A DNA stretch of 64,000 nt from an uncultured Gemmatimonadaceae bacterium (GCA_963790305.1 CAWBOC010000009.1:64001-128000); one strand, 5' to 3'; shown: positions 12,226 through 24,037, numbered from the stretch's first letter. Numbers and translations: made by a program. Notes: generated by a model not told the origin, from the sequence alone.

Positions 12226-13272
12226 GTGACCGAGCCCACCGACCTCTTCTCCCAGCAGCAGTCCAACCGTAGCCGGTCGCACTGGCTCATCGTCGGCTTC
12301 GTACTCTTCTTCGCCTGGCTTGGCTTCGGTGGCGACCTCATTCTCCTCGAGATGAGTCGCGGCGAGCCGGCGGACGCCCAGTGGGACATCCCGCTCTTTG
12401 GTCTCACGCTCACGACCTACGCAATCATCACCACGCTCTGGGCGTGGCACGCCGGCTCGGAGGCGGTGCTCCGCGCCACCGGGGCGAACGAGATCGAGCG
12501 GGCCGTCACCGAGCAGGAGCGGCTTCTCGTCAACGTCGTCGAAGAGATGTGCGTGGCGGCGGGGATGACGCGGCCGTCGATCTGGATCATCGCCGACGGC
12601 GACCCCAACGCCTTCGCCACCGGTCGGGACGAGCGAACGGCAGCGATCGCTGTGACGCAAGGGCTGCTCGATACCTGCACTCGTGATGAGCTCCAGGCGG
12701 TCATCGCCCACGAGCTGGCGCACATCAGGAACTACGACGCCCGCCTCATGACGCTCCTGGCAGCGATGGTCGGCGCGATCACCATCGTCTCGGAGTACAT
12801 GCACCGCATTCTCTTCCAGCGCGGGACGCAGCGCGCCCTCGGCGCGGTGGTGCCTCGCGGGAGAAAGAAGGGCGGCGGAGTCTTCGTCCTCCTGCTGCTC
12901 GCGCTGTGGCTGATCAGCTGGCTCCTCGCGCCCCTCATCTCGCGTCTCTTGGCGTTGGGTGTCAGCCGCAAGCGGGAATTCCTCGCCAATGCCATGAGCG
13001 CGCAATTCACCCGCAATCCGATGGCGCTCGCCAGCGCCCTCGAGAAGATCGAGCGGGCCGCGGCGCCTACCCGCTGCATCACGCGAGGCGCCGCGCACCT
13101 GTGCATCGCCGACCCGTTAGGCCGCCAGGTGAATCTCCGCGAAGGCTGGCTGGCCGACCTCTGGGGAACGCACCCACCGATGGCCCTGCGCGTCTCGCGG
13201 CTGCGCGGCATGGCGTTCCGCGACCAGAAGCGCGCGCGGCAGACCTCGGGCGAGGTCCCTCAGCTCGCGTAG
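12226..13272 (+). CDS. htpX: M48 family zinc metalloprotease, HtpX-like
   Basis: PNAFATG, AVIAHELAH (HExxH), SRKREFLA, THPP; downstream of lemA. Confidence 0.9.
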   Translation: MTEPTDLFSQQQSNRSRSHWLIVGFVLFFAWLGFGGDLILLEMSRGEPADAQWDIPLFGLTLTTYAIITTLWAWHAGSEAVLRATGANEIERAVTEQERLLVNVVEEMCVAAGMTRPSIWIIADGDPNAFATGRDERTAAIAVTQGLLDTCTRDELQAVIAHELAHIRNYDARLMTLLAAMVGAITIVSEYMHRILFQRGTQRALGAVVPRGRKKGGGVFVLLLLALWLISWLLAPLISRLLALGVSRKREFLANAMSAQFTRNPMALASALEKIERAAAPTRCITRGAAHLCIADPLGRQVNLREGWLADLWGTHPPMALRVSRLRGMAFRDQKRARQTSGEVPQLA

Positions 13273-13274
13273 CC

Positions 13275-13958
13275 TCACTCCCGAAGCAGGAACACGAACG
13301 GCTGTGAGACGAGCTGCGCAACCTTGCGGCCGCGGAACTCCGCCGGCGTGAATCGCGAGCGGCGCAGCGCATCAATGACCGCGTCGCTGAATGCGGGATG
13401 GGTCGAGGCGTCGACCGTCACGGTTTCCATCACTACGCGACCGGTCGTGTCGACCACGAAGCGCGCGCTGACCGTCCCTTCAATGTGCGCCGCACGAAGC
13501 TCCGCCGGGTATCGCGGTGTGGGATTCGCCGGATGCGGCACGACTTCGCGGTCGACGATCGCCCGGTCGACGCCAGGCTCGGCAGCTCCGCTATGCTGCG
13601 CCCGAGAACCGCGTCGCCATTCCTGGCCGGAGATCACGATCTCCTCGTCAGGCGGGTCGACGCTCTCCGGCACGTCAACGGTGAACTGCCCGATCGGCCT
13701 CGGAGGAAGCGTATGCGACGGGATTCTCCCCCGCCCCTGAGCGGCCGCCCGCGACGACGGACCGCAGTCGGCGCATTGTGGCGGGGGCGGCACTGGCGGA
13801 TGCCAGGTGATGACTGTCGCCAGTTCATCGGGCTCTATCAGGGGATGCGCCGCCACCATAGCGCCGCTCAACGCGATGGCGTGCCCAACGATGCTTGCGA
13901 TGGCGCTGTAGTGCGGCCGCGAACGCCTCGGTGAAGACTCGAGTAGCTGGGTGAGCAT
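13275..13958 (-). CDS. TonB C-terminal domain protein
   Basis: GGAGG RBS; N-terminal TM with SxxxH, Pro-rich linker, PRYPAELRAAHIEGTV..FVVDTTG..FTPA..G.KV. Confidence 0.85.
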   Translation of the reverse strand: MLTQLLESSPRRSRPHYSAIASIVGHAIALSGAMVAAHPLIEPDELATVITWHPPVPPPPQCADCGPSSRAAAQGRGRIPSHTLPPRPIGQFTVDVPESVDPPDEEIVISGQEWRRGSRAQHSGAAEPGVDRAIVDREVVPHPANPTPRYPAELRAAHIEGTVSARFVVDTTGRVVMETVTVDASTHPAFSDAVIDALRRSRFTPAEFRGRKVAQLVSQPFVFLLRE

Positions 13959-14054
13959 GGATACCTCCGAACGAGGGTTGTCATCGTTCGTCCATGCTAG
14001 AACACCCACATGATCGCGCCGTGTCGCGCGGATTAACTGTGGATGAACGCCCCG

Positions 14055-17040
14055 TTAGGATTCGTGCGCGCCCGTCGTCGCCGCCTCGGCGGACGGGGCA
14101 GCCCCCATGTGGCGCGGTATGCGCGCCGTGAACGTGCTGCCCTCCCCCGGGCGGCTCGTCACGGTGATGTCGCCACCCAGGAGCCGAGCGAGCCGCCGCG
14201 CCACGCTCAATCCGATTCCCGTTCCCGCAACGCGCCGTGAAGCCTTGTTCTCTACTTGCCAGAACGGATCGAATATCCGCTCGTGATGCTGCGGGAGAAT
14301 GCCGACGCCGGTGTCCCGCACCTCGAACCGGACATCGCCATTGTCGATCCGCGCCGTCAACACGATCTCGCCGTGATCGGTGAATTTGACAGCGTTCGAC
14401 AACAGGTTGAGCAGAATGTGCCGGACCTTTCCGACGTCGGTCTCCACCGTGACCGGCTCCGTCGGACCGTCCACGCGCAAATCGAGCCGCCGTTCCACCG
14501 CCAACGGCGCGATCACCGACGCTGCCTCGCTGATGACGGCGGTGAGTTGCGCCGACCCGGTGCGCAGCTCTTCGCGACCCGTCTCCAGGCGCGAAAAGGC
14601 GAGCACCTCGTCGATCAAGTGCAGAAGGTGATGCGATGCGTTGCGAACGCGCTCGACCTGCTGCCGGCCCGAATCCGGAATCGGTGCGGGCACTCCCATG
14701 AGGAGCAGCTCCGTGTAGCCAATGATGGCGTTCAGCGGCGTACGGAGCTCGTGCGACATCACGCCGAGGAAATCCGTCTTCGCGTGGTTGGCTACCTGCG
14801 CATCGTGGTAGAGACGCGCGTTGTCCACCGCAAGCCCGGCGCGGCGCGCGAACTCCTCGGCCAGCGCGAGGTCCTGGGTTCCGTAGCGTCGGTCCTCGCT
14901 CTCGACGATGAGCCCGATGGCCCCCCGGGTACGTCCACGCGCGAACAGCGGCACGACGATGAGCGACCTGGGGCGTATTCCGCCGAGGAAGTCGTAGGGA
15001 TCGGCGCTCAGCTGCTCGCCCGATACGCGCGGAAAATCGGCCGACGTGCGCGGCACCATTCCGGGACGTGACGGTCGAACCGGTGGAGGGTATTCCGGGA
15101 AGAGATCCGACATTCCCGTACGCAGCGCGCGGACGAGAGGGTGATGGAGCGCGGTCGGATCGGGTGCGGCGTGCAGGGCCGCGTCGATCGCGTCCGAGCG
15201 TGATGCATCACAGTGCACCGCCGCTACGCGGCGGACGTCTCCATCCACGCCAATGACATCGATGACGCATGCCTCGGCCAGGAAGGGCACCGCAAGCTTG
15301 GCGATAATCGGAAGCGTGTCCTCGTAGTCCAGCGATGCAGCGAGGATACTGCTCGCCTCGGCGAGAAAGCGGAGCGACTCCTCCGAGCGGCGCTGCTCGG
15401 TGACGTCGTACACCGTGGCGACGGCGGCGATGATCTTCCCATCGCGATCGAGGATGGGTGTCGAGCTGACAGTCACGAACCCGCGGGTGCCGTCTCCACG
15501 CGTCACCCGGAACGGCTCGCCGACGACGCGCTCGCCATGGAGAATCGAGCGCGCCAGCGGAAACTCCTCGGGCAGCAATTTCACTCCGCTCGGGGACGCG
15601 AACTGCCAGTCGGCGTAAGCGGAAATATTGGGCGAGGCGACAAAGGGGCGTCGAAGGATCTGTTCGAGCTGCTCGTTGCCGCGTACGAGCTTTCCCGTGG
15701 GCGCTTCGGCGATGATCAGCCCCGCCGGCATCTGCTGCACGATGGTGTCGAGTCGAGCCCGCTCCTCGACGAGCTCATCGAACGCGCGCTGTGCCTCGCG
15801 CCGAGCGATCTGCGACTCGTCATACAGTCGCGCACGCTCCAGCGCGAGAGCGCACTTCGCAGCCAGCCCCTGAATGAATGCGCGCTCGTCGTTGCTGAAC
15901 GCCTGCTCGGTTCGAAAGCTCAGCCCAATGGCGCCCAGTGGTCGACCGTCCACCATGAGCGGCACAGCAGCAAGGGCCTTCGTCCCGGTGATCTGCCGCT
16001 CGGTGACGAGCTGGGGATAGCGCGCGGTGAGCTCTCGATCGTTGCCGATCAGAATGGGGGTTCGCTCGCGCACTGCCTCGCTCAGCGGGAGCGGACCATC
16101 GATGGGGATGTGCTTCCACCGTTCGAGCATGTCTTCGGGATAGCCTACGGCACGCACGCGCTCCAAACGCGTCCCGTCGCTCGTGAGCATCGCCATCGCG
16201 CCTGCGTACGCCCCCAGCGCGCTGATGCCCTTGTCGACGATGATTGCCGCGACGTCGGCGGTCGTGAGGGCGCTCGAAAGCGCGGACGTCACTTCGTGCG
16301 ACGCGTGCACGCGTGCAGCCGCGCGCTCGGCATGAGCCGCACGCTGTTCCAGGTCGCGCACCTCCGACGCGAGCCGTTCCGCGCGATGCTCCAGCTCCGC
16401 CACACGCGCCTCGGCTGACGCCGCCTGCATCGCGGTCGTCTCCACGCGTTGTTCCGCGTCGGTCACGCGCTCGCGTTCATGATCGATTGCGACAGCGGCC
16501 TGCTCGCGAATTCGAACGCTGGTGAGAATCCACGCCACCTGGCGGGCGTACAGAGCCGCGACGCGCTCCTGGCGAGCCGAGAGCTGCAGCGGTCTGCGAA
16601 ACAGGGCGGCAAGCACACCGATCGATGACCCGTCCGGCGCCTGGATCGGCACGAGGTGCAATCCGCGAACGCCCGCGGCCCGTACGAGAGGTTGGGGGGT
16701 GAACGCCGCCTCGATCTCCGCGTCGCCGACCGCCACTGGCCCCCGCAGGGCATCGGCCCAAGGGTGCGCGCTGGCCGGCAAGCGCTCGAGCAGGCGGGCG
16801 TGCTCTGGGGCCAACCCGGCAGCGGCGATCAGCGTGAGTGTGTCCCCGGGATCCACGCGAAGCAGGAGCGCCTTATCAGCGTCCTCCAGAGCGGCCAATG
16901 CCGCCAGCAGCTCGCCCAGAAGGGGCTGTACCTCATCCGCGGAGCGAAGCTGGCGCAACAGCGATTCGAACGCCGTCTCCTGGGGAGACGTCGTCCGTCC
17001 GTTCTGTCGTCGCTGACTCGTGCCGTGCCTCTTCGGTCAT
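14055..17040 (-). CDS. Cytoplasmic multi-sensor histidine kinase (GAF, coiled coil, GAF, PAS, GAF, HisKA, HATPase); probable indel near the start
   Basis: MSHELRTPLNAI, NLLSNAVKF, DTGVGI, GTGIGL in ORF 14055-16958. An upstream ATG at 17040 lies in another frame. Confidence 0.92.
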
Positions 17041-17234
17041 GGCCGTCGGATGGGTGACGCGGCGGCTCGTCGATGCACGCCAAAACACGACGATACGCTG
17101 CTGTGCAGCGCAACCTCTCCGCGCGAATGGCGTCGCGCCCCACACCCAAAACGTACCGGACTGGCCCCGGCGCGTAAACGGCCCGGGGCCAGCCGCGGCG
17201 CAACGCTGCTGGGCCCCCAAATCGTCTTGCGGGA

Positions 17235-17951
17235 ATGAAAGCATACCTCCCCACGCTCATATTCGCCCTGGTGTGCGCCGCATCACCAGCTGGCCGGCCA
17301 AGCCGCCACCGGCGAAGTGTATCGAGACATCGGCAATACGCTCATGCAGCGCGGCCGGCCCGCTGACGCCGCCAAGAGTTACGCGGAGGCGCTGCGGCTG
17401 CGTCCCGATCTGCACGACGCGCGACGTGGGCTCGGAATGGCATTCATGAAGATGAAGCGCCATGACGACGCCGAACGCGAATTCCGCGACCTCGTGGCCG
17501 CGCGACCGCGGGATGCGGGCGCGCACTACTATCTCGGACGTCGCGCTGTATGCGCGTGGCGCGCACGAAGAGGCCTTGGCCTCCTATCGTGAGGCGCTGC
17601 GCCTGCAGCCGGGCCACGCCGAGGCGCGGCTCGCGGTCGTCATGGTTCTGACGGATCTGGGACGCAGTGGGGAGGCCGTCGCCGCCCTGTCGGAGACGCC
17701 TCGCGCAGGCGAGCCGGGATGGGTCACACTGAGCAGGCGCGCCCGCGCCGCCCACGTCGCGGGACGCCATGCCGAGGCCGTCTTGTTCTGGTCGCAGACC
17801 CTCGAATCCGACCCAGGCGTATTTCGTCACTCGTGGCGCAGAGCGCCTGCTGTGGAACGAGAGCGTCGCGGCCGTCACCGCGCAAAAACCGGTCACGACC
17901 GTACCGGACCCCCTAACGATCGTATCGCTCGTCCTGCGATTGCTCGCGTGA
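17235..17951 (+). CDS. Secreted TPR-repeat protein (frameshifted in this sequence)
   Basis: Signal-like MKAYLPTLIFALVCAA; TPR segments in ORFs 17317-17592, 17462-, 17769-17951 (AAKSYAEALRLRPD, ALASYREALRLQPG). Confidence 0.7.
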
Positions 17952-19537
17952 GCGTCTCTTTCACGTCTGCGGCGTGCACCCGCCTTCCCGCGCGATCGGC
18001 GACCTCCGCGCTCACTGGCGCGAGGTCGGCCAGCGCTGGTCCATTGAGCACTCGCCCCTCCGGCGTCGAACCGCGATCCGTGGCAGGGACAATCCCAGCT
18101 CTTCTCGGCGGAATTCCAATCCACGATGCACCGCAGGTGCGTGCACGTCGCGTCGCGCAGATGCAGCAGACCCCTGTCGTCGCGATAGGCAGCGACCTTG
18201 TGCGTGCCCATGCGCACGAGGCGCCCCTCGCCGCGCGCGAATGTCCTCGAACGATGACTCGCCGGGCGTAATCCAGTCGGCGTACTGGACCGCGACGTTG
18301 AGGTTCTCGCGCAGCATGTCCTTGATCGCGCCGAGCGACTTCCGACTTTGGATCGTAGAGCTCCGCCCACGGATTCTCCTTTCCCTGGGCGAGATCGGCG
18401 AGCAGAATCCCGGCGATCGTTCCGTGAGTCATTCCCTGCCCGGAGTCGGCGGTCGCCAGATAGACGTTCTCGGCGCCATCCGGATTGGGCCCGATCATCG
18501 CGAAGCCGTCAGCCGGCTCCATCACCTGACCCGACCACCGATACTCGACCGCCTCGACCATCGGGTAGCGACGACGAGTCCATTCCTCGAGACGGCGGAA
18601 GCGATCGGGTGCGTCGTCCTTCTGTCCGGTCTTGTGATCCTCACCGCCCACGATCAGGACATCGTTCGCATCGTCGAGCGGAGTGCGGTGCGGACGTAGA
18701 TGTACGGATCATCGGTATCCCAGACGAGCGCGCGCGGCACCGAGTCTTTCGGGATGCGCGCGCCGATGACGTACGTGCGATACGGCGCCATTTTCACGTG
18801 CGTCTCCACGTAGTCGCTGATCGGGGAGTTCGTCGCGACGATGAACCGAGCTCGCGGTGACGACGTTCTTGTTACGCGTCTTCACCTGCGGACGCCGCGG
18901 TTTGCCTTCGATGGAATCGACGTGAGTGCCGGTGAAGATCCGCCCCTTGCCTTTCACGATCGCGCGCGTGACGGCGGCGAGATACTCGAGGGGATGGAAC
19001 TGCGCCTGCATGCGGGAACTCGAGGCAGGGACCGCTGTCCCACGACAGCCCCGGAACTCGTGCCAGCCTGCGCCCATCGGTGAGGCCCGCGCGCTTCGCC
19101 GCCTCGAGCTCGCGATCGAGGAACTCCGGAGACTCGCGCTTGCCGAGGAACAGATATCCCGGAACACGCTCGAAATCGCACGCAATGTTCTCTTCGCGCA
19201 CGATCGACTCGATGCGATTGATCGCCGCCATGTGGCTCGCGGTGCCTTCGCGCACGCGCTTCTCGCCGTGTACGCGCTCCAGCCATTGGAATCGGTCGTC
19301 GAGCACGCAGCTCAAGTGCGCGGTCGTCCGCGACGTCTCGCCGCCGCATACCTGTCCGTCATCGAGGATGATGACGTCGACGCCCGCACGGACCAGGTGG
19401 TAGGCGGCTGTGAGACCAACGATGCCGGCACCGACGATGCACACGTCGCAGGAGAGGTCTTCCTCGAGGGCCGCGAAGGTCGGCATCTTGGTGGTGGTCA
19501 TCCACACCGACACGGTGCTTCCCGAATCGCTCTGCAT
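17893..19537 (-). CDS. FAD-dependent oxidoreductase with C-terminal Rieske domain (YhfW-like); several indels
   Basis: IVGAGIVG, GETSRTTAHL, QFHPLEYL, WSGQVMEP, GMTHGT; Rieske CTHLRC and CPCHGSRFD across frames. Confidence 0.9.
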
Positions 19538-19634
19538 GGTCGCGTCCCCAGGTTGGATATCTCGAGCGCTGCGCGGCGGCGCTGTCTGCGCCCGCGAAAT
19601 GGGCATGGCGTATGCCAGCCCGGGGGACCCAGTG

Positions 19635-20665
19635 ATGACCGTATCGCACGATGCGGTGCACGACCCAGGGTCCCCTCGCGCGGCGCTGCGAATCCGCGAC
19701 GTCGAGCCTCCACCGCGCGCCGAGATTCGCGCGCGCGACAGGCGCATCCGCGTAGGCATTGCGGCGTGGACGGAACCAACCTTGGTGAAACCTGGAGTTT
19801 TCTACCCCCAGGGCGTGACGAGCGCGGAGGACCGGCTCCGGCATTACGCCTCGCGATTCACGCTCACGGAAGTCGACTCGACCTACTACGCCATTCCTGC
19901 GCGTCAGATGGCCGAGCTGTGGGTGGAGCGTACACCGGACGACTTCGTGTTCGACGTGAAGGCCCACGCCCTCATGACCGATCACCCGACGGAGACCAAG
20001 CGTCTCCCGAAGGCGATTCGCGAGGCGCTCCCAGCTGAGCAGGCCGAGAAACCGCGCCTCTACGCGAAGGACCTCCCCGCGGACGTCCTGGACGAGGTCT
20101 GGCGCCTCTTTGGGGAGGCGCTCGAGCCGCTGCACACGAGCGGGAAGCTCGGCGTCGTGCTGCTCCAGTATCCGCCCTGGTTCCTGCCCTCGCGCGTCAA
20201 CGCCGAGGCGTTGGTAGCGGCACGCGAGCGACTCGATGGATTGCCCGTCGCGGTCGAGTTTCGGCACCGCTCATGGCTGAGCGGGCGCATGGCGACGCGG
20301 ACACCCGAGTTTCTCGCCGAGCATGACATCCCAATGGTGATCGTCGACGCCCCACCGGGGATGAAGAGCAGCCTTCCCGCCACCCCACTCGTCACGTCGA
20401 GCCGTCTCGCGATCGTGCGGTTACATGGACGGCGCGAGGAGACGTGGGAGCAGCGCAACGAGATCACCTCGGAACGGTACCGGTACCTCTACGACGAATC
20501 CGAGCTCAGCGAGTGGGTGCAGCCGGTGCTCGACGTCGCCGCGCAGGCACCGGAGACGCACGTCATCTTCAACAACTGTTATGGCAACTATGCCCCGACC
20601 AACGCCATCGAGTTCTCGGCACTCCTGCACGAGGCCCGTGCGCGCATGGGAGGCTGGACCGATGA
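19635..20665 (+). CDS. DUF72 (YecE) family protein; 3' end uncertain (ORF track runs to 20924)
   Basis: YASRFTLTEVDSTYY, FDVKA, LLQYPPWF, VEFRHRSW, VRLHGR, RYRYLY, FNNCY. Confidence 0.9.
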
Positions 20666-20964
20666 GCGAAGTGCTCGAGACGCGCGTCGTCTCGCGCAAG
20701 ACGGCGCGCGACGGCAAGCACGAGATTTCGGCCGACACCGCGGCGCGACTTCGCGCGCTTCCGTCCCCACTGAGCGTCGTCGTCGATGGCGTCGCCGACC
20801 GCGGCACGGTCGCGTCAATGCCGTGCACCTGCCGGCCCGAGGCGCACGAGCACTGGTTCGTGGAGTCGCACGCCCTGCGTTCGCTCGAGCAGGGCCGCGA
20901 AGCGACGACGTCGATCGCGGGTGACGGGCGGACGGTCACCATCCGCACGACCGCCGATCGTTAG
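20662..20964 (+). CDS. Hypothetical protein (100 aa) with CTC..HEH motif
   Basis: ATGA junction with the DUF72 gene; MSEVLETRVVSRKTARDGKHEIS...CTCRPEAHEHWFVES. Confidence 0.6.
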   Translation: MSEVLETRVVSRKTARDGKHEISADTAARLRALPSPLSVVVDGVADRGTVASMPCTCRPEAHEHWFVESHALRSLEQGREATTSIAGDGRTVTIRTTADR

Positions 20965-22872
20965 GCGCCGAGCGAGGGGTGAATGTCGCTGCGCGGCGTG
21001 AAGGTGTGTGCGGGGGAGACGGGACGCGCACGCTCGCTCATGCCCGCCTCGACGGGCCAGCAGGGCCTCCGCCTCTCGCGGCGGCACCGGGCGCGCGCAC
21101 GCGTAGCCCTGGAGCAGGTGGCATCCAATCTCGCGAAGGTGCATGCTCTGATCATCCGACTCCGCACCCTCGGCGATCGTGTCCATCCGGAGGCGCTTCG
21201 CGAGCTCGACGACCGACCGTACGATCTCCTCGCACTCCGGCGCGTCGAGGCGGCTGATGAAATAACGGTCGATCTTCACCGCCGAGATGGGAAATCGGTG
21301 CAGGTAGCTGAGCGATGAGTACCCGGTGCCGAAGTCATCGAGGTGGAGGCGAACACCGAGTGCCGCGAGCTCCCGCAGCGTCGCAAGGGTCGCGTCCCCG
21401 GTATCGACGAACAGGCTCTCGGTGATCTCCAGCGCCAGCGATTCCGGGGCTACGTTCGCCTCCCGCAGTGCTTCGGCGACGTTGGATGGGAGACGCGGCT
21501 GAAGCACTTCTCGGGGCGAGAGGTTGACGCTCACGCCGAGCGGCCGTTCCGAGGGGTAGTCGCGCTGCCAGTGGGCGAGCTGCGCGAGCGCTTCGCGAAG
21601 CACCCACCGGCCGAGCGCCGAAATCGTACCGCTCTCCTCGGCCAATGGGATGAACGATGCGGCGTTGAGCAGTCCCCGCTGCGGGTGGGCCCACCGCGCA
21701 AGCGCCTCGAAGGCAACGATTCGCCCGGTGTGGGCGTCGACGATCGGCTGATAGTGCACCCGCAGCTCTCCTCGCTCCAGTGCGCGTCGCAAGTCGTTCT
21801 CGAGCTCCATGCGAGCGCGCTCGGTCGCGCGGGAACCGGTGTCGAACACTTCGAACCGGGCCTTGCCGCTTGCCTTTGCCCGATACATCGCGAGGTCCGC
21901 ATCGCGCAGCAGCTCCTGGTGACCTTCGAGGTCCGCGCCACCGAATGCGATCCCAATGCTGGCGGTGACCACGACCTCGATCTCCTCGTTGCGCAACGGC
22001 GTGTGCAGCGCCTCCTGCATGCGCTCGGCGATACGCGTGGCATCGGTGGCATCCTTGAGGTCGTCGAGCAGCACCGCGAACTCGTCTCCGCCGAGGCGTG
22101 CCAGCACGTCGCCGGGGCGGACGCAGCTCTGCAGCCGCCGCGCGATGCTCGTGAGAAGCCGGTCGCCGGCGAGATGGCCGAGGCTGTCGTTGATCTGCTT
22201 GAACCGATCGAGATCGAGGAAGAGGAGCGCGATGGTCTGGTCAGGCCGCCGCTGCACGCGCGCAACGGCGCGCTCCAGCGACTCGAGGAAGTAGGCGCGG
22301 TTGACGAGTCCGGTCAGCGCGTCGTGCATGGCGGCGCGGCGCAGATCCTCTTCGGCGCGCTTCCGGGCGCTGATGTCGGTCATCGACCCCGCGATGCGGA
22401 CGGGACGGGCGTCGCGCTCTCGAAGCGCCAGCGCGCGCACGAGCATCCATCGCCAGTTCCCGTCGGCGTGACGCAGCCGGTGCTCGCTCTCCAGTCGCGG
22501 GGAGGTCCCGGCCAGGAGCGCGTCCATGTCGGCGCGCAGGTGCGGGGCGTCGTCGGGATGCACGCGATCGAGCCATTCGCGGGCGAGCGGCAGGAGCTCC
22601 GTATTCTCGAGGCCGAGCATCGTGCGCCACCGCGGCGAAAAGTCGCATCGGTCGCGGACGAGGTCCCAGTCCCACAGGCCGTCGTTGGCCGCGAGGGCCG
22701 CGAGCGCGTACCGCTCCTCGCTTTGCCGGAGGGCGCTGCGCGCACGCTGGAGCTTGTTGTCGAGCCGCGTCATTTCCAGCGCGCGTCGCGCGCTGGAGCG
22801 TCGCTGCCTGACGAGTGACCACAGAAGCGGTGCGCCGAGCACCGCGGCCAACGGGAGGAGTGCTACCCACAT
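20815..22872 (-). CDS. PAS-GGDEF-EAL c-di-GMP cyclase/phosphodiesterase; true stop may be near 20961
   Basis: N-terminal TM, PAS (DGLWDWD, RVHPDD), RLGGDEF, FEALARW, LDDFGTGYSSL, QGY. Confidence 0.95.
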   Translation of the reverse strand: MWVALLPLAAVLGAPLLWSLVRQRRSSARRALEMTRLDNKLQRARSALRQSEERYALAALAANDGLWDWDLVRDRCDFSPRWRTMLGLENTELLPLAREWLDRVHPDDAPHLRADMDALLAGTSPRLESEHRLRHADGNWRWMLVRALALRERDARPVRIAGSMTDISARKRAEEDLRRAAMHDALTGLVNRAYFLESLERAVARVQRRPDQTIALLFLDLDRFKQINDSLGHLAGDRLLTSIARRLQSCVRPGDVLARLGGDEFAVLLDDLKDATDATRIAERMQEALHTPLRNEEIEVVVTASIGIAFGGADLEGHQELLRDADLAMYRAKASGKARFEVFDTGSRATERARMELENDLRRALERGELRVHYQPIVDAHTGRIVAFEALARWAHPQRGLLNAASFIPLAEESGTISALGRWVLREALAQLAHWQRDYPSERPLGVSVNLSPREVLQPRLPSNVAEALREANVAPESLALEITESLFVDTGDATLATLRELAALGVRLHLDDFGTGYSSLSYLHRFPISAVKIDRYFISRLDAPECEEIVRSVVELAKRLRMDTIAEGAESDDQSMHLREIGCHLLQGYACARPVPPREAEALLARRGGHERACASRLPRTHLHAAQRHSPLARRLTIGGRADGDRPPVTRDRRRRFAALLERTQGVRLHEPVLVRLGPAGARH

Positions 22873-23049
22873 CGTCCCACCTCCCCGCGCGAAAGGGCCG
22901 GCCGCGGAGCGACCTCATCGTCGCGTCCCTCGCACGGGCCTCACTCGCTTCTAGTTAGCGAGAATCATACCCTCGCTAGGCAGTGTGGACTGCTCGCACG
23001 TCGTGTTCGTGACACGGGTCACGCGCGTTAGGTGGTTGTTCGGTACACA

Positions 23050-23151
23050 AACGGCGGAGACGTCAGATGGCAGAATCCGGAACTCAGAATTCAGCGGTTG
23101 GCAATCTGAAATCTGACATTCCGTATTCCGACGTCTGACGGCTTTGCCGTT
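23050..23151. repeat. Heptamer-armed hairpin
   Basis: AACGGCGGAG a CGTCAGA TGGCAGA ATCCGGA ACTCAGA ATTCAG ... TCTGAAA TCTGACA TTCCGTA TTCCGAC GTCTGAC gg CTTTGCCGTT; abuts the hydrolase stop. Confidence 0.8.
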
Positions 23152-24034
23152 ATCCGATGAGATGCCGTACCACGGCCTCGATCGCCGACGCATCGTAGAG
23201 CACGCGGCGGTGCCCCATGCCTCGCACGGCGTGGAGCGTCGCCCCGCGCCATGCACTCGCCAGCGCCTCCGCCTGCGAGAACGGCACCTGGCGGTCGGCG
23301 GGATCGTGCAGTATCAGCGCGCGTGCCTCGAGCGATCGCACGGCGTCGGCGCCGTCGATATCCTGAATGCCAACCCCCGCGCGGCGCCCGATGGCGGCGG
23401 CGAGACCCTCGCACCGGGCATCAGCGAAGCCGAGCAGATCGGCAAGTCGCCGCACGAACAGCCACGGCTCGGCGACGGGCGCGAGCAGTGCCGCCGCCGA
23501 CGCCGACAGGCCATCGCGAAGCGCGAGGACCGTCGCCGCTGCACCTAACGAATGCCCCACCACCGCGTCGGGCGTCCCGGTAGCGCGGGCGACCGCCGCC
23601 ACGGCGTCGGCCATCTCGATCAGTGTCGTGGTTCGACCGGTCGACCGTCCGTGAGCCGGCATGTCGAAGACCGTCACGCTTCGACCCCGCTGCGCGACCG
23701 CGTCCGCCATCGGCACCATGTCCCGACCGGTGCCTTCCCACCCGTGCGAGAAGAGCACGCGAGGGCCCTCACCCCAGGTCCACGTCACGACGCGCCTCGA
23801 CCCCGATGACACCAGCTGCTCGCGCGCGTGCGCAGGGACCGTTGGCACGTCGCGGTGCGTGAGCCGTCGCGGAAAGCAGAAGAGGAACGCGGCCTGGCGG
23901 TCGGCGGCGCGCGGCGCCACGCGCGCGAGGAGACCGAAGTAGGCGCGCATGAGGGAGATGTGAAGCGCGCCGATGCGAACGCTCGTGCTTTTTGTGCGGC
24001 GCGGTCCACGCGCGACGGCCGTCGACGTTTCCAT
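23150..24034 (-). CDS. Alpha/beta hydrolase
   Basis: HGWEG, DMPAHG, GHSLG nucleophile, HDPAD, GMGH. Confidence 0.92.
   Translation of the reverse strand: METSTAVARGPRRTKSTSVRIGALHISLMRAYFGLLARVAPRAADRQAAFLFCFPRRLTHRDVPTVPAHAREQLVSSGSRRVVTWTWGEGPRVLFSHGWEGTGRDMVPMADAVAQRGRSVTVFDMPAHGRSTGRTTTLIEMADAVAAVARATGTPDAVVGHSLGAAATVLALRDGLSASAAALLAPVAEPWLFVRRLADLLGFADARCEGLAAAIGRRAGVGIQDIDGADAVRSLEARALILHDPADRQVPFSQAEALASAWRGATLHAVRGMGHRRVLYDASAIEAVVRHLIG
23971..23992. promoter_or_regulatory. Putative TetR operator copy inside the hydrolase coding sequence
   Basis: CGATGCGAACGCTCGTGCTTTT, 21/22 identical to 24647-24668. Confidence 0.65.
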
Positions 24035-24037
24035 TGG

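Noticed and set aside
22873..23050. c-di-GMP riboswitch upstream of the GGDEF-EAL gene
   Set aside because: Only small hairpins; I could not match the class I or II consensus by eye.
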